NCBI GenBank assembly: GCA_963668025.2
Contig: CAXXTH010000010.1
Location: 1,056,001-1,120,000 of the forward strand
Source: Candidatus Hydrogenedentota bacterium
Lineage (GTDB): Bacteria > Hydrogenedentota > Hydrogenedentia > Hydrogenedentales > SLHB01
Length of the DNA stretch: 64,000 bases
Reading direction: 5' to 3'
The notes below the pieces were generated by a model. It saw only the letters and a list, made by a program, of their open reading frames with translations. It made no database searches and was not told where the DNA came from. The position numbers and the translations under genes are program-made. Shown piece after piece: positions 40,798-50,480 of the stretch; positions within the stretch are counted from its first letter, which is position 1, and each line of letters opens with the position of its first letter.

Positions 40798-42040
40798 GAG
40801 GTTTTTCCCCTCCGAATTGATCCTGGAAGCCCGCCAGGAACTGGCCGAGTGCCTTGCGGAACTGGGCCACGAAACACTCGTCATGCCAGAAGAGGCAACG
40901 TTCAACGGAGCCATTTCTAACGGTGAAGACGAGGAAAAGTTCGCACGCTTTCCAGAAAAGCATCAAGGACATTATGAGGGGAGCGTCGTCACGCTTCCGA
41001 ATTTCGGCGATGAATCTTCGGCCGTCAATGCCGTGAAGCATACGAATGTTCCGATACTAGTCCATTCCTATCCCGATGACCAGAATCAAAGGTCTCCTAA
41101 ATATTGACTCTATGCCTTTTGCGGCAAGCTCTCTATATTGGATGTGTTTTGCCAATACGGCCTATAATTCACCTCGATCATGCCGCACGTAGTGGCCCGC
41201 AATCGCCGTTATTTGCAGAACAGATTACCCATTTCGACCGAGTATGCCGTGTCGTAAATGGATTCCAAAATCCCGTGGTGGGGGCTATCGGCGCCCGCAC
41301 CAAGGCGTTTAAAACCATGCGCATCGATGAGCTGGCGCTGCAGAGGAACGGGATCACCATGGAGGTGGTCGATTTGGCGGAAGCCTTCGCGAGCGTCAAG
41401 GCGTTGAGCTCCTCCAATCCCGCCTGCACCGCCAAAGCGAAGCGGCTCATGCAATACACCACATGGGGGCAGACGCCTGAGACAGCCTTCGACAACCTTG
41501 TTCGACTGGTCGTCGTGCTTGATCGGCTCTTTGACGAATGGAAGAAGGACTGCATGGGTGTTCGCTGCTGAATCGAACTGCAGTGCTATATCAACATTTC
41601 GCCCTGCGTACTCTTGAGCGAAATGAATGACAGAGGTTTGCCAGTTGCCTGTGAGGTGGATATCGGCAACGCTATCAGTATGTACGCGCTACGCTACGCC
41701 ACGGGCGAACAGACCGCCTGTCTGGACTGGAATGACAATTATGGATGCGATCCGAACCGGTGCATTCTCTTCCATTGCGGCTCCACGGCGCAGTTGTTGA
41801 TGAAAGCCAAAGGCGAGGTCATTGATCACTCAATGCTCCATCACGATCCGCATGTGGGCCCCAACTGTTCGTTCGGCTGCAATGTTGGTCGTATTCGTGC
41901 ATTCCAGTTTGGCTTTGCTAGAATGGCTACGCGAGATGTCGAGCTCGAGTTCTACTTGGGTGAAATGGAATTCACCGGCGACCCAATCCCTGAGGAATTC
42001 TTCGAGTGCGCGAGCGTTGCGCGAATTCAAAACCTCCAGC
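40796..42040 (+). pseudogene. L-fucose/L-arabinose isomerase-family pseudogene
   Basis: Fragments LPNFGDE, AFCGK, GAIGART.AFKT.R.DE, RC*, ACEVD, CLDWN and LFHCG. Internal stops at 41105, about 41166 and 41569, plus a frameshift near 41195. Truncated at both ends. Confidence 0.85.
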
Positions 42041-42462
42041 AGTTTTACCTCGGAGCGACGGCCAATTATCACGGACGCCAGCAATTGAAGAATTACACTT
42101 CTCTGGATGATACCGAAGAAGGTTTCCTGGCTTTCCACAATGACCTAGAGCGTCTAGCGAGAAAGGTCGGCCCGTTCTCGAATGCTCTGGCCACACGGCA
42201 ATACCCGGCCACCGTCTGTCCGCTTCTTTTCCATCTCTTCACATGCCTCCGTCAAAAATCCTCCCGTGTCCCTTTTTCCGTGTGAGCACAATGTGTCATC
42301 ACTCGACTCCTTTCCATGGATGCAACAAACATTACATCCTCACAAAAAACGCCGGGATGTGGAAGATGCGGTTCACAGGACGGATACCGATTTGTGAAAA
42401 CCATAGGGACATGAGGACCCACTTGAGCACGGTGGCCTGCACATCTGAGCAAATATTCAGCC

Positions 42463-42517
42463 TTGACTTTAGGAAAACGTTATTGTAATGTTTTCTCTAT
42501 AAAGAAAACGTTATTGT
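42463..42517 (+). promoter_or_regulatory. Promoter with duplicated LacI-type operator candidate
   Basis: -35 TTGACT (42463) and -10 TAATGT (42486). GAAAACGTTATTGT at 42473-42486 and 42504-42517. Confidence 0.6.
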
Positions 42518-42551
42518 TGTGTGGATATTGGAAGGGGAAAGGAGTGAAGCA

Positions 42552-44153
42552 ATGGGATACAAAGCAAGATCAGTAGGATTTGTTGCGGTCGTGCTTCTGG
42601 CGAGTACAGGGGCCTGGGGAGCGACCATCCCGGTGGATTCGGGCGAGAGCATTCAAGCGGCCATCGATTCAGCTTCGTCAGGAGATGTAATCGATTTGGC
42701 TGCGGCGTCATTCGACGAATCTATTATTGTCTTGAATAAGGATCTAACGATCACGGCCTCAGCGGGCCGGGCGACGATCGCGCCAAGTGATATCACCGGA
42801 AACGCGGTGAATGCAACGGTTCTTGTGGACGGAAGCAACGTCACTATGAGCAATGTGACGGTGGATATGTCGGCTACGGCCTGTACGGTGCCGTCGGATT
42901 ATCCGGATTATCCGGCGTGCGTATGGGTGCAGAATACTGGCGGCAGCTTCACTGCAGACAATGTGGTGCTGACGGGCGGTTATATGGGAGTGACGTTGCA
43001 TGATGCCGCCGGGAATCTGACAATGACGAACTCCACTATTTCTCATCTCAGTGGCGCGGGCGGAAAAGCATCGGGAATCTACTTGCATGGAACGTTCACT
43101 GCCACATGGGTGGAGCGAGTGATCTCGTTGACGGATTGCGTCATGGATGACATGAATGCCTACTTCAACGGGCAGCCGGGAACCAAGCTCAATGCAGGAT
43201 TGTTCACGCGTTGCAAGTTCCTGAATGCCATTGGGCTTGAGTCTTGGGCGGTGATGTCCGCCTGGAATGTAGAGGCTATCGAATATCCGCCTCCCTTTGA
43301 AAGCGCCGGGCGCTATGTCTTTACCTCGTGTGACTTCACATTTGCGCGGGACATGATATGGGCTATGTACTTCATGCCGTTCCCAGAGCAAGACAGCTAT
43401 CACACGAATCCGGACTATGTGGAGTTTCAGGGCTGCACTTTCCGCAATCCCCACAATGTGGCCATCGACACATTGTTCCAGATCGGCTTCAATAACGACA
43501 CTGAAACCAAGAAAACGTCGTTCACGATGGAGAACTGTCTGATTGACAACTATTACAATTGGCAGATCTTCTGGTTCATCGAGCGGACTTCTTGTCTCTT
43601 CACGATGAATCAGTGCACCGTGAACATGGGGTGGGACGACGATAGCCACGGCACCATGTGTCTGTTCCGTTTCAATACGCCTATCTCATCAGGCGCGAGC
43701 CTTACAGTGAAGAATAGCATCATTCTAAAGAATAGTGTGGAGCCTTATGATGGTTTCCTGATTGCGAGCGGAGCGCAGGCAGTGGAGGCGGATATCACGA
43801 TTGACCACTGCTTCGTTGGGCTAGGAGCCATACTAGAAGACGCATCATATTTCACTGGAGACGTGTCGATTTCCGATAATATTTCCGAACGTCCAACCTT
43901 TAAGCAAGAAGGTGCAGGCGGAGATTTCCACCTGGCCGAGGGTTCGTCCGCGATTGACAGCGGCACGGACAGCGGAGCCGTCATCGATTTCGACGGAGAC
44001 GCCCGTCCCTATGGAATTGGGATTGATATTGGCTTCGATGAATTTACCATCGACTTGGTTGCCTTATCTGGCATAGGTGTGGTGTTGCTCTGTCTTTCTT
44101 TGGTTCTGGCATTTGGGACGCTTGTGGTTCGGGCTTCCCGTCGGTCGGCATAG
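42552..44153 (+). CDS. Secreted pectin-lyase-like beta-helix protein with choice-of-anchor-Q-like domain and C-terminal membrane anchor
   Basis: Signal peptide (..GAWG), SIQAAIDSASSGDVI beta-helix cap, DFHLAEGSSAIDSG..DFDGDARP..DIGFDE, and terminal TM + basic tail (..LVVRASRRSA). Confidence 0.78.
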   Translation: MGYKARSVGFVAVVLLASTGAWGATIPVDSGESIQAAIDSASSGDVIDLAAASFDESIIVLNKDLTITASAGRATIAPSDITGNAVNATVLVDGSNVTMSNVTVDMSATACTVPSDYPDYPACVWVQNTGGSFTADNVVLTGGYMGVTLHDAAGNLTMTNSTISHLSGAGGKASGIYLHGTFTATWVERVISLTDCVMDDMNAYFNGQPGTKLNAGLFTRCKFLNAIGLESWAVMSAWNVEAIEYPPPFESAGRYVFTSCDFTFARDMIWAMYFMPFPEQDSYHTNPDYVEFQGCTFRNPHNVAIDTLFQIGFNNDTETKKTSFTMENCLIDNYYNWQIFWFIERTSCLFTMNQCTVNMGWDDDSHGTMCLFRFNTPISSGASLTVKNSIILKNSVEPYDGFLIASGAQAVEADITIDHCFVGLGAILEDASYFTGDVSISDNISERPTFKQEGAGGDFHLAEGSSAIDSGTDSGAVIDFDGDARPYGIGIDIGFDEFTIDLVALSGIGVVLLCLSLVLAFGTLVVRASRRSA

Positions 44154-44160
44154 AAGAGCA

Positions 44161-44187
44161 GGGTGGCCTGGATCTTCCAGGCCACCC
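44161..44187 (+). terminator. Strong intergenic hairpin after the surface-protein gene
   Basis: GGGTGGCCTGGA-TCT-TCCAGGCCACCC. Confidence 0.6.
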
Positions 44188-44200
44188 CGTTCAGTTCTCA

Positions 44201-46033
44201 GTGATAAGTGGTGGTTCTATTTTGATGAAAGGCGGTTCCGTAGTGGCTGAATCTGTAGAAATCGATGTATACCGCGCTGAGCCCGTTGGTGAACGTTATC
44301 CTGTTGTGCTTAGGCCAGGGCAATCGACGTTATTTGACTTCGGCCGGAAAATGGTGGGTGCCGTTCGGTTGTGGGGAGAAGGAACTGTTGGATATGTGTA
44401 TGCTTCTGACCAGGAGTTCCTCAAACTGATTGAACGCAAGACCCGCGACGGCGCTCCGGGGCTCGATGCAATCGATCAACCGCCAACGTTCATACGTGGT
44501 GTTCCAACAGGATGCTGCAGGCTCAGTCAGGAAGGAACGATGCTGGAACCTCCCATATCAGCCCTTCGTTATCTAAAGGTCATCAACCGTACGCCGGTGA
44601 TGGTGATCATAGAGCGAGTCGGATTGATTTCGAGTTCGTTTCAGGGCGAGACGGAAGGGCGGTTCGAGTGCGACGATCCGAAGATCAATATCCTATGGGA
44701 AATGGGCGTCGAGACGGCACGGCTTTGCTGCCAGCGGGGGGAAGAAAGTATATTGCCTGTGTTCGCTCCCTTCGGAGAACGTTATGTTCTTTGGGATGGC
44801 TGCCGCCGAGACCGGGAGATCTGGGGCGGGGATTTACGTTCAAGCGCGTTGGTCTGGGCGTATGCCTTTGGCGATCTGACTCCCGTGAAGAACAGCCTCG
44901 CGCTTCTTGCCGGAGCGCAACACCGGGAGTGCGACGAGGACGGAATGGTTCCGGGCTCAGGGTCCAAACATGAGACTTTTTACGAATGGACGCTTTGGTG
45001 GATCGTGACGCTGTGGGATTACTACATGCTCACGAAAGACGAAGTCTTTATTGAAGCGCTGTGCTATACCTGGCACCGCAACTACGATTCCCCTTTGGAG
45101 CGTCTGCGCAAATGGATGGAGAAAAAAGGGGCGTTCTCTGGCCTGTTGCGTTCGAACCGCTCATGGATGTATTCCATTGCATATGACGGGCGCTTAGCAA
45201 GTTTAGCCGCTCTTCAGATTCTGGCCACGGAAAGCATGGCCAAGTTGTTCAACGCTTTTGGCGGCACGGAAACTGCGGAACAGTTGGAAGCCCATCTTCC
45301 CGTTATGCGTAAACGCCTACATGAGACCTTCTGGTGCGAATCCCTTAGAGCGTACTCCATGATGCCTGAAGGCGAAATGCAACCACCGCGCCTAGCGCTG
45401 GACGGAAACATTTGGAGTTTATTGGCGGGCGCATGTCCAGACGAGTTAGCGCCAACCGTCTTGGCCACACTCAAGGATTGCTGGACGGATTTTGGCCCGC
45501 TATGTGTATGGCCGCCATTTGATGAGGTTCGTGACAGCCGGTGGCGTGTGCGGCCCGAGGAGTGGCAACACAATAATACTGTATGGCCCTTCATCGCTTC
45601 TTATGAGGTGCTGGCGCGGTTCCATTTTGGCGATATTGCTGGTGGACTCGAATTGATGCAGAGGTATCACCAACCCATGCTGGACCGGGGGCATCACACG
45701 ATCTGGGAGATGTTCCACGTGGATGGTTCTCTGCCGCTGGTGGGGAACGGTAACATGCTCAGTTTTTGCCATGCGTGGGGAGCAACGGCCAGTTATGCGC
45801 TACAACGTTATGTATTGGGTGTAAGGCCCACCTCGCCGGGATTTGAGACTTTCTGTGTAACGCCTAATCTTGGACCTCTTAATAGAACCGAGGGTTCGGT
45901 GCCAACACCCAAAGGTCCTATCTATGTAGAGGCATGGCGTGACAGTCATGGGCAAACAAACTACACCGTTTCGGCGCCTGAAGGCCTCAAGCAAGTAGGT
46001 GCGGCTTCCTTGGCCACAAGCGATTTATCATGA
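44201..46033 (+). CDS. GH78 alpha-L-rhamnosidase-like protein (start uncertain)
   Basis: LFDFG, DGCRRDREIWGGD, TIWE, SFCHAWG, LGVRPTSPGF and GSVPTPKGPI. Confidence 0.85.
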   Translation: MISGGSILMKGGSVVAESVEIDVYRAEPVGERYPVVLRPGQSTLFDFGRKMVGAVRLWGEGTVGYVYASDQEFLKLIERKTRDGAPGLDAIDQPPTFIRGVPTGCCRLSQEGTMLEPPISALRYLKVINRTPVMVIIERVGLISSSFQGETEGRFECDDPKINILWEMGVETARLCCQRGEESILPVFAPFGERYVLWDGCRRDREIWGGDLRSSALVWAYAFGDLTPVKNSLALLAGAQHRECDEDGMVPGSGSKHETFYEWTLWWIVTLWDYYMLTKDEVFIEALCYTWHRNYDSPLERLRKWMEKKGAFSGLLRSNRSWMYSIAYDGRLASLAALQILATESMAKLFNAFGGTETAEQLEAHLPVMRKRLHETFWCESLRAYSMMPEGEMQPPRLALDGNIWSLLAGACPDELAPTVLATLKDCWTDFGPLCVWPPFDEVRDSRWRVRPEEWQHNNTVWPFIASYEVLARFHFGDIAGGLELMQRYHQPMLDRGHHTIWEMFHVDGSLPLVGNGNMLSFCHAWGATASYALQRYVLGVRPTSPGFETFCVTPNLGPLNRTEGSVPTPKGPIYVEAWRDSHGQTNYTVSAPEGLKQVGAASLATSDLS

Positions 46034-47172
46034 GGAATTCCTTGATGAAGGGAATAGGCAGATATGCGGCTGGGGTATTATGCGTGACGCTTGGATGGGC
46101 AGGCGCCGCCACAAATGGTTTCGCAGCAAGCAAGGATGACATGACTGAGATGCAAAATTCCCTATATCAATGGTTATCGACGACTCCTGGCAAGCCCGTC
46201 GAAGTGTTGTCCCCAACTGGAGTGGCAGGTGATTTCGATGCCGTGGCAGTAGAGTCCATGGTGGTGTTGGAAGTGGATGGGCGATTCTACATGTTCTACT
46301 TCGGACATGATACTGGCCGGGAGTACCGGACGGGATTGGCCGTCAGCAGTGATTTGCTTCATTGGGAACGGCGCGGTCTGATCCTCGACCATGGTGGGCC
46401 AGGCTCCTTCGATTCGAACGGCGCAGCATTGGTGACCGTTCTTTCAAAGGTAGATATATACGGCGCGCGTACGCCCATTCAATATGAGGGCAAATACTGG
46501 GGGATGTATACGGGCTTTGACGTTAAAGGATTCGAGGCTGGACGAGGCTCTATCGGTTTAGTGTACTCCGAGGATCTCGAACACTGGACGAAATGTACGG
46601 ATATAAATCCTGTATTAACCCCGAATCCGTCCCCGGAATGGGAGAAGGCATGCCTTTTCAAACCCTATCTCCTCGAATACAAAGGAACTTTCTATTGTTT
46701 CTACAACGCCAACAATAGCACGCAATGGCCGTGGCGTGAGCAGACAGGCCTTGCGGTGTCGCACGACATCAAACACTGGGAACGGGTTCCGGGGAATCCT
46801 TTGTTGCCACATGGACCCGAGGGAAGTTATGACTCCAATTTCGCCAGTGATCCTTACGTTGTCCACACCGATGCGGGTTGGGCAATGCTATACGCTTCTT
46901 TTAATGGAAGCCACGCTGGAATCGGGCTGGCGTGGTCTCAAGACCTTCGCGTTTGGAAAAAAGAACCGGCTCCTATTTTATCCGCGAACGAGGAACTGGA
47001 TATCCACGCCAGCAAACCGTGCATAGTGTCACATGAAGGCCGGACGTATCTCTTTGTCAACGGCGTCCGAAGCATACGTGAAGGAGATCCTGATTCGGCG
47101 CGTGCAGTGCGAGAATACCGGGCCATCTATGTGTATATGCTCCCTAAAAATGTGAAAGATGGTGAAAAATGA
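46030..47172 (+). CDS. Secreted five-bladed beta-propeller glycosidase-like protein (GH130/GH43/GH32 superfamily)
   Basis: Repeated blades: GLAVSSDLLHW, GLVYSEDLEHW..NPVL, GLAVSHDIKHW..NPLL and GLAWSQDLRVW. Confidence 0.75.
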   Translation: MRNSLMKGIGRYAAGVLCVTLGWAGAATNGFAASKDDMTEMQNSLYQWLSTTPGKPVEVLSPTGVAGDFDAVAVESMVVLEVDGRFYMFYFGHDTGREYRTGLAVSSDLLHWERRGLILDHGGPGSFDSNGAALVTVLSKVDIYGARTPIQYEGKYWGMYTGFDVKGFEAGRGSIGLVYSEDLEHWTKCTDINPVLTPNPSPEWEKACLFKPYLLEYKGTFYCFYNANNSTQWPWREQTGLAVSHDIKHWERVPGNPLLPHGPEGSYDSNFASDPYVVHTDAGWAMLYASFNGSHAGIGLAWSQDLRVWKKEPAPILSANEELDIHASKPCIVSHEGRTYLFVNGVRSIREGDPDSARAVREYRAIYVYMLPKNVKDGEK

Positions 47173-50100
47173 ACGGATACGCCCCAATCGTGTTTGGTGT
47201 TGTGCTGGCTGTGAGTTGCGTCATGTTTGCCCGAGCCGACGATCCGACGGCGGCACAGGCGGCCTTCCTTAATAACTGGATGTGGGAAAACGAAGAGCCA
47301 TCCGCTTGGAGCTTTTCTTCCCGTGACAACACACTACAGATTGTCCCAGCGAAATCTATTCTATTCGATCGCACGCCCGAAGGGATCCGGAATGTGCTGG
47401 CCCACAAGTTGCCGGATGATGGAACGTGCACAGTTGAAGTAGTTCTTCATGACTTCGATGCCGCACGAGATGGTAACAGGATTTATTTAATGTTCTACAA
47501 CGATGAGGACAATTTTGCTGCCATTCGATTAGGAAAGGAAGACGGCGGCCTGCTGTTGATGCAGAAGAAAGATCACGGTTACCCCATGCAGTACGGATGG
47601 CGTGCCGAGGCGATTCGGGGGAGTGTCGCCCTTCGTATTCGACGTTCTTCTCTCCATTACACAGGCTACTATATGTATTCAGGCTTTTTTAGCGGCGATA
47701 GCGGCGAACACTGGCAAAAGATGGGCGACGACCTTATTGTAAAGCAGAGTTTTGGAAAGGCGGCGTTTTACTCTGAAGTGCAAAGTGACGCCATGCCTTC
47801 AGATGATGTATCCGCTGCCGCCCCCGTTCCCGTTGTCCTACAATCGCTGAACGTATATGGTTCGGAGGTGAAGACGCCCGTGTCCGATCCGCCAAAGGCC
47901 CCAGCTCAGAAGACTGAAGCATCTAGCGATAACCAAGACCGGCCAACCGTCAACACGTGGCGCGTGGCCGAGACGGCGGAGCCAGAGAAGACCTACGAAC
48001 TTACCGGTGATGAGTTGCGGATTTCCGTCAACGGCGGTGACGGGACCATCACTGAACTGTTAGGCTCGCTGCCTGGCCGAAAAGAGGTAAGGTTCAGCAA
48101 CGACCAACCGATGGAGGATCCTTCCTGGCGATGGGGAATGCCCTTGTTTTATGGTGAAGATGAGAAGCGGATCTTGCCCCTAGATCAACGCGTGCTTCAG
48201 TCAGAAAAGGGAGACATCGAGTCGTGTTATGCCTATCCAGGATTCGATGTGGTGGTCACGAGAACGCTCGAGGCTCACACGATGCGGGAGTCCTACGCGC
48301 TTCGAGCGAAGAAGGACATCACCCTTTCGGAGTATGCCATCGTATTCAGGCCCAACCTCACGATGCATGTTGGGGAAGAGGCGCCGTTTGTCAAGACTGA
48401 CTCGACGCCTGTTTCCTATCATTGGTTTACGGGTGGAGCGTTGTCGTGGTTGAGCGTGAATCATAACAATGGTCTTCCGCCCAATCTAGCTATCGCAGTG
48501 GAAAAGGGGGCGCTGAATGGATATGACGTATTGTACAGCTATGGCTCCCGCCGTAAGATGCCGTTGCCTGCCAGCCCTGTACTCTATGTGACAGGCTACC
48601 GTTCGCACAAGGAGCAGGACGAGTATCCCCAGGTGCCTTTGCAGCTAAAAGCAGGCGACGTTCACGAAACAGTGCTACGTTATTTCCTGTATGAGGATAC
48701 GGCTGACTTAAAGTCAGGCATGTGTGACCTCGCTCGGCAACCTGTTCTGGACTACCCGTTGCACACCCCAGTCGACAAACCCTTCGAGGTGAAGGCGCGT
48801 TTGCCGCGTAGTGTCCGGCGGTTCGAGATAACGCAATCCGGAAAGCCTGTCGAGACCATCGCTATTGACGACCGTACCGTTCGATTCACTGTCGCTCCGG
48901 AGAAACCGGGTCTTGGCAAAGTGCAAGTAGGCTACACGCTAGACGACGAGCAGGCTAATCGTGAGGGTTTTTTCCTCTATACCGCCATGCGTGACTGGCG
49001 CCCAATCATTGAAGCCAAGGCCCGGTTCATCATGGATTCTCACTACGAATCCGATGCCAATGATCCAGGTTTCGGAGGCTTCTTCTCTGTAGATCTCAAG
49101 ACCGGCCGCCTCGTGAAAGACGCCAATGCCTACAGTTGCCAACTCTGCGGCATAGGAGAAGTCGAGTACATGTCAGTTGTGCCAGCCTTTGTCAATGCAA
49201 TAGCGCCGCGAGACGAAGACATTGCCAAGCTGGAGACTTATCTCAACACATGGCGCCGGAAATGCCAAGATGAACAGGGCAAGTATTACCTCAATCCACT
49301 GAACCATCTGCTACAGCCTGAGCGTGATGGACTGGGGCGCCGTGGCAGCGCTTACAGCTTTTTTCTACCGCAGTATTATCTCAGTTGGGTGGATGCCTCG
49401 ATGCTACGGACAAGGAGCCCGAAAGAGTATCTGGAAGAGATTGGATTTGGGTATATGCAGTTCCCTGAGATCCTCGACCGCCAGACGGAGGTCCTGGGAG
49501 AGGAGCACGGGGCAGTGACGAAGCGCCTTCTCGACGAGGATTTGCAATCATCTATCGAAAGTAGTAGCGGACTATATCACTGTGTGCGCGAGAACCAGGA
49601 CGAGGTCATTGTCGACCCCAACTGTGTGTATGGACAATTTTACCAGAACATCTTCTTAAAGCGAAAACCGCAAGCTGACTTCTATCGCGATTTCTATGCC
49701 GCGGACAGTGGGTTCTCGTATGATCCGCGCGGGCTTGCCGCGTTCCGTATTTGGGACGATTATGCCAGCATGTACTATTACCAGCTTATACCCTATCCTA
49801 CCATGCCCAATTTTAATTCCGCGCTCAACGGTTTCAATCTGCTGGCATACTATGAACAGTTTGGAGGTACGGAAAACCTGAGATTGGCCTATGACTTGAT
49901 CATGACCTATTACGACTTGCACGACTATGACTATGCCCATAACGACTGGGGCCGCCTCGAGCCGGGGCAGTCGCATGCATGCTGGCTGCCCGGATTGGCC
50001 ATGTCCACTCAAGAACGCTTCAGCAGTGACGAGGATTTCGCTTTTATCTATTTCATTCAAAGCTTCGGGAAGAAGTGCTACGTGGATTCCACTGGAATGG

Positions 50101-50423
50101 CTGTCAACGGTGAGCGGAACGGAAACGTCATGGTTTCGTGGGCTCCTTATCCCCGGGAGTATCACAATGACCTTGACGGCTACGTCATCACTTCGAGCCA
50201 TTTAGCGGCCATTATTGAGAAGGTCACAACCACATCCGATGGCTATGAGATCACACTGAGAAACCTTAATGGAAATGTGGCTGCAAAGACAACGTTGCGT
50301 TGCGAGACGGCGGGCGGAAGTAGTTGTGTAAAACGTGTGAATCTGGAAGCCGGTGGCTGCCGCGCCGTCAAGCTACCAAATCCACAGGGAAAAGATAATT
50401 GTACTGATCTCGGCATCGAGTAA
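47169..50423 (+). CDS. Large secreted protein: N-terminal ConA-like domain plus probable six-hairpin glycosidase-like module
   Basis: Signal peptide, beta-sandwich N-terminus, Pro-rich linker, and motifs YHWFTGG, FRIWDDY, PTMPNFNSAL and SDEDFA. Confidence 0.55.
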   Translation: MNGYAPIVFGVVLAVSCVMFARADDPTAAQAAFLNNWMWENEEPSAWSFSSRDNTLQIVPAKSILFDRTPEGIRNVLAHKLPDDGTCTVEVVLHDFDAARDGNRIYLMFYNDEDNFAAIRLGKEDGGLLLMQKKDHGYPMQYGWRAEAIRGSVALRIRRSSLHYTGYYMYSGFFSGDSGEHWQKMGDDLIVKQSFGKAAFYSEVQSDAMPSDDVSAAAPVPVVLQSLNVYGSEVKTPVSDPPKAPAQKTEASSDNQDRPTVNTWRVAETAEPEKTYELTGDELRISVNGGDGTITELLGSLPGRKEVRFSNDQPMEDPSWRWGMPLFYGEDEKRILPLDQRVLQSEKGDIESCYAYPGFDVVVTRTLEAHTMRESYALRAKKDITLSEYAIVFRPNLTMHVGEEAPFVKTDSTPVSYHWFTGGALSWLSVNHNNGLPPNLAIAVEKGALNGYDVLYSYGSRRKMPLPASPVLYVTGYRSHKEQDEYPQVPLQLKAGDVHETVLRYFLYEDTADLKSGMCDLARQPVLDYPLHTPVDKPFEVKARLPRSVRRFEITQSGKPVETIAIDDRTVRFTVAPEKPGLGKVQVGYTLDDEQANREGFFLYTAMRDWRPIIEAKARFIMDSHYESDANDPGFGGFFSVDLKTGRLVKDANAYSCQLCGIGEVEYMSVVPAFVNAIAPRDEDIAKLETYLNTWRRKCQDEQGKYYLNPLNHLLQPERDGLGRRGSAYSFFLPQYYLSWVDASMLRTRSPKEYLEEIGFGYMQFPEILDRQTEVLGEEHGAVTKRLLDEDLQSSIESSSGLYHCVRENQDEVIVDPNCVYGQFYQNIFLKRKPQADFYRDFYAADSGFSYDPRGLAAFRIWDDYASMYYYQLIPYPTMPNFNSALNGFNLLAYYEQFGGTENLRLAYDLIMTYYDLHDYDYAHNDWGRLEPGQSHACWLPGLAMSTQERFSSDEDFAFIYFIQSFGKKCYVDSTGMAVNGERNGNVMVSWAPYPREYHNDLDGYVITSSHLAAIIEKVTTTSDGYEITLRNLNGNVAAKTTLRCETAGGSSCVKRVNLEAGGCRAVKLPNPQGKDNCTDLGIE

Positions 50424-50480
50424 CAGAGCGAGCCGCGACGATGCCGCCGCTATTGTAGAAGATAGATTAAGGAGAATGAC

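Noticed and set aside
41569-41571. TGA at a conserved Trp position (RC*IELQ vs RCWPELQ) suggesting stop-codon recoding
   Set aside because: The same gene also has a TAA stop, another TGA and a frameshift, and many intact genes here end in TGA. Simple pseudogenisation explains it.
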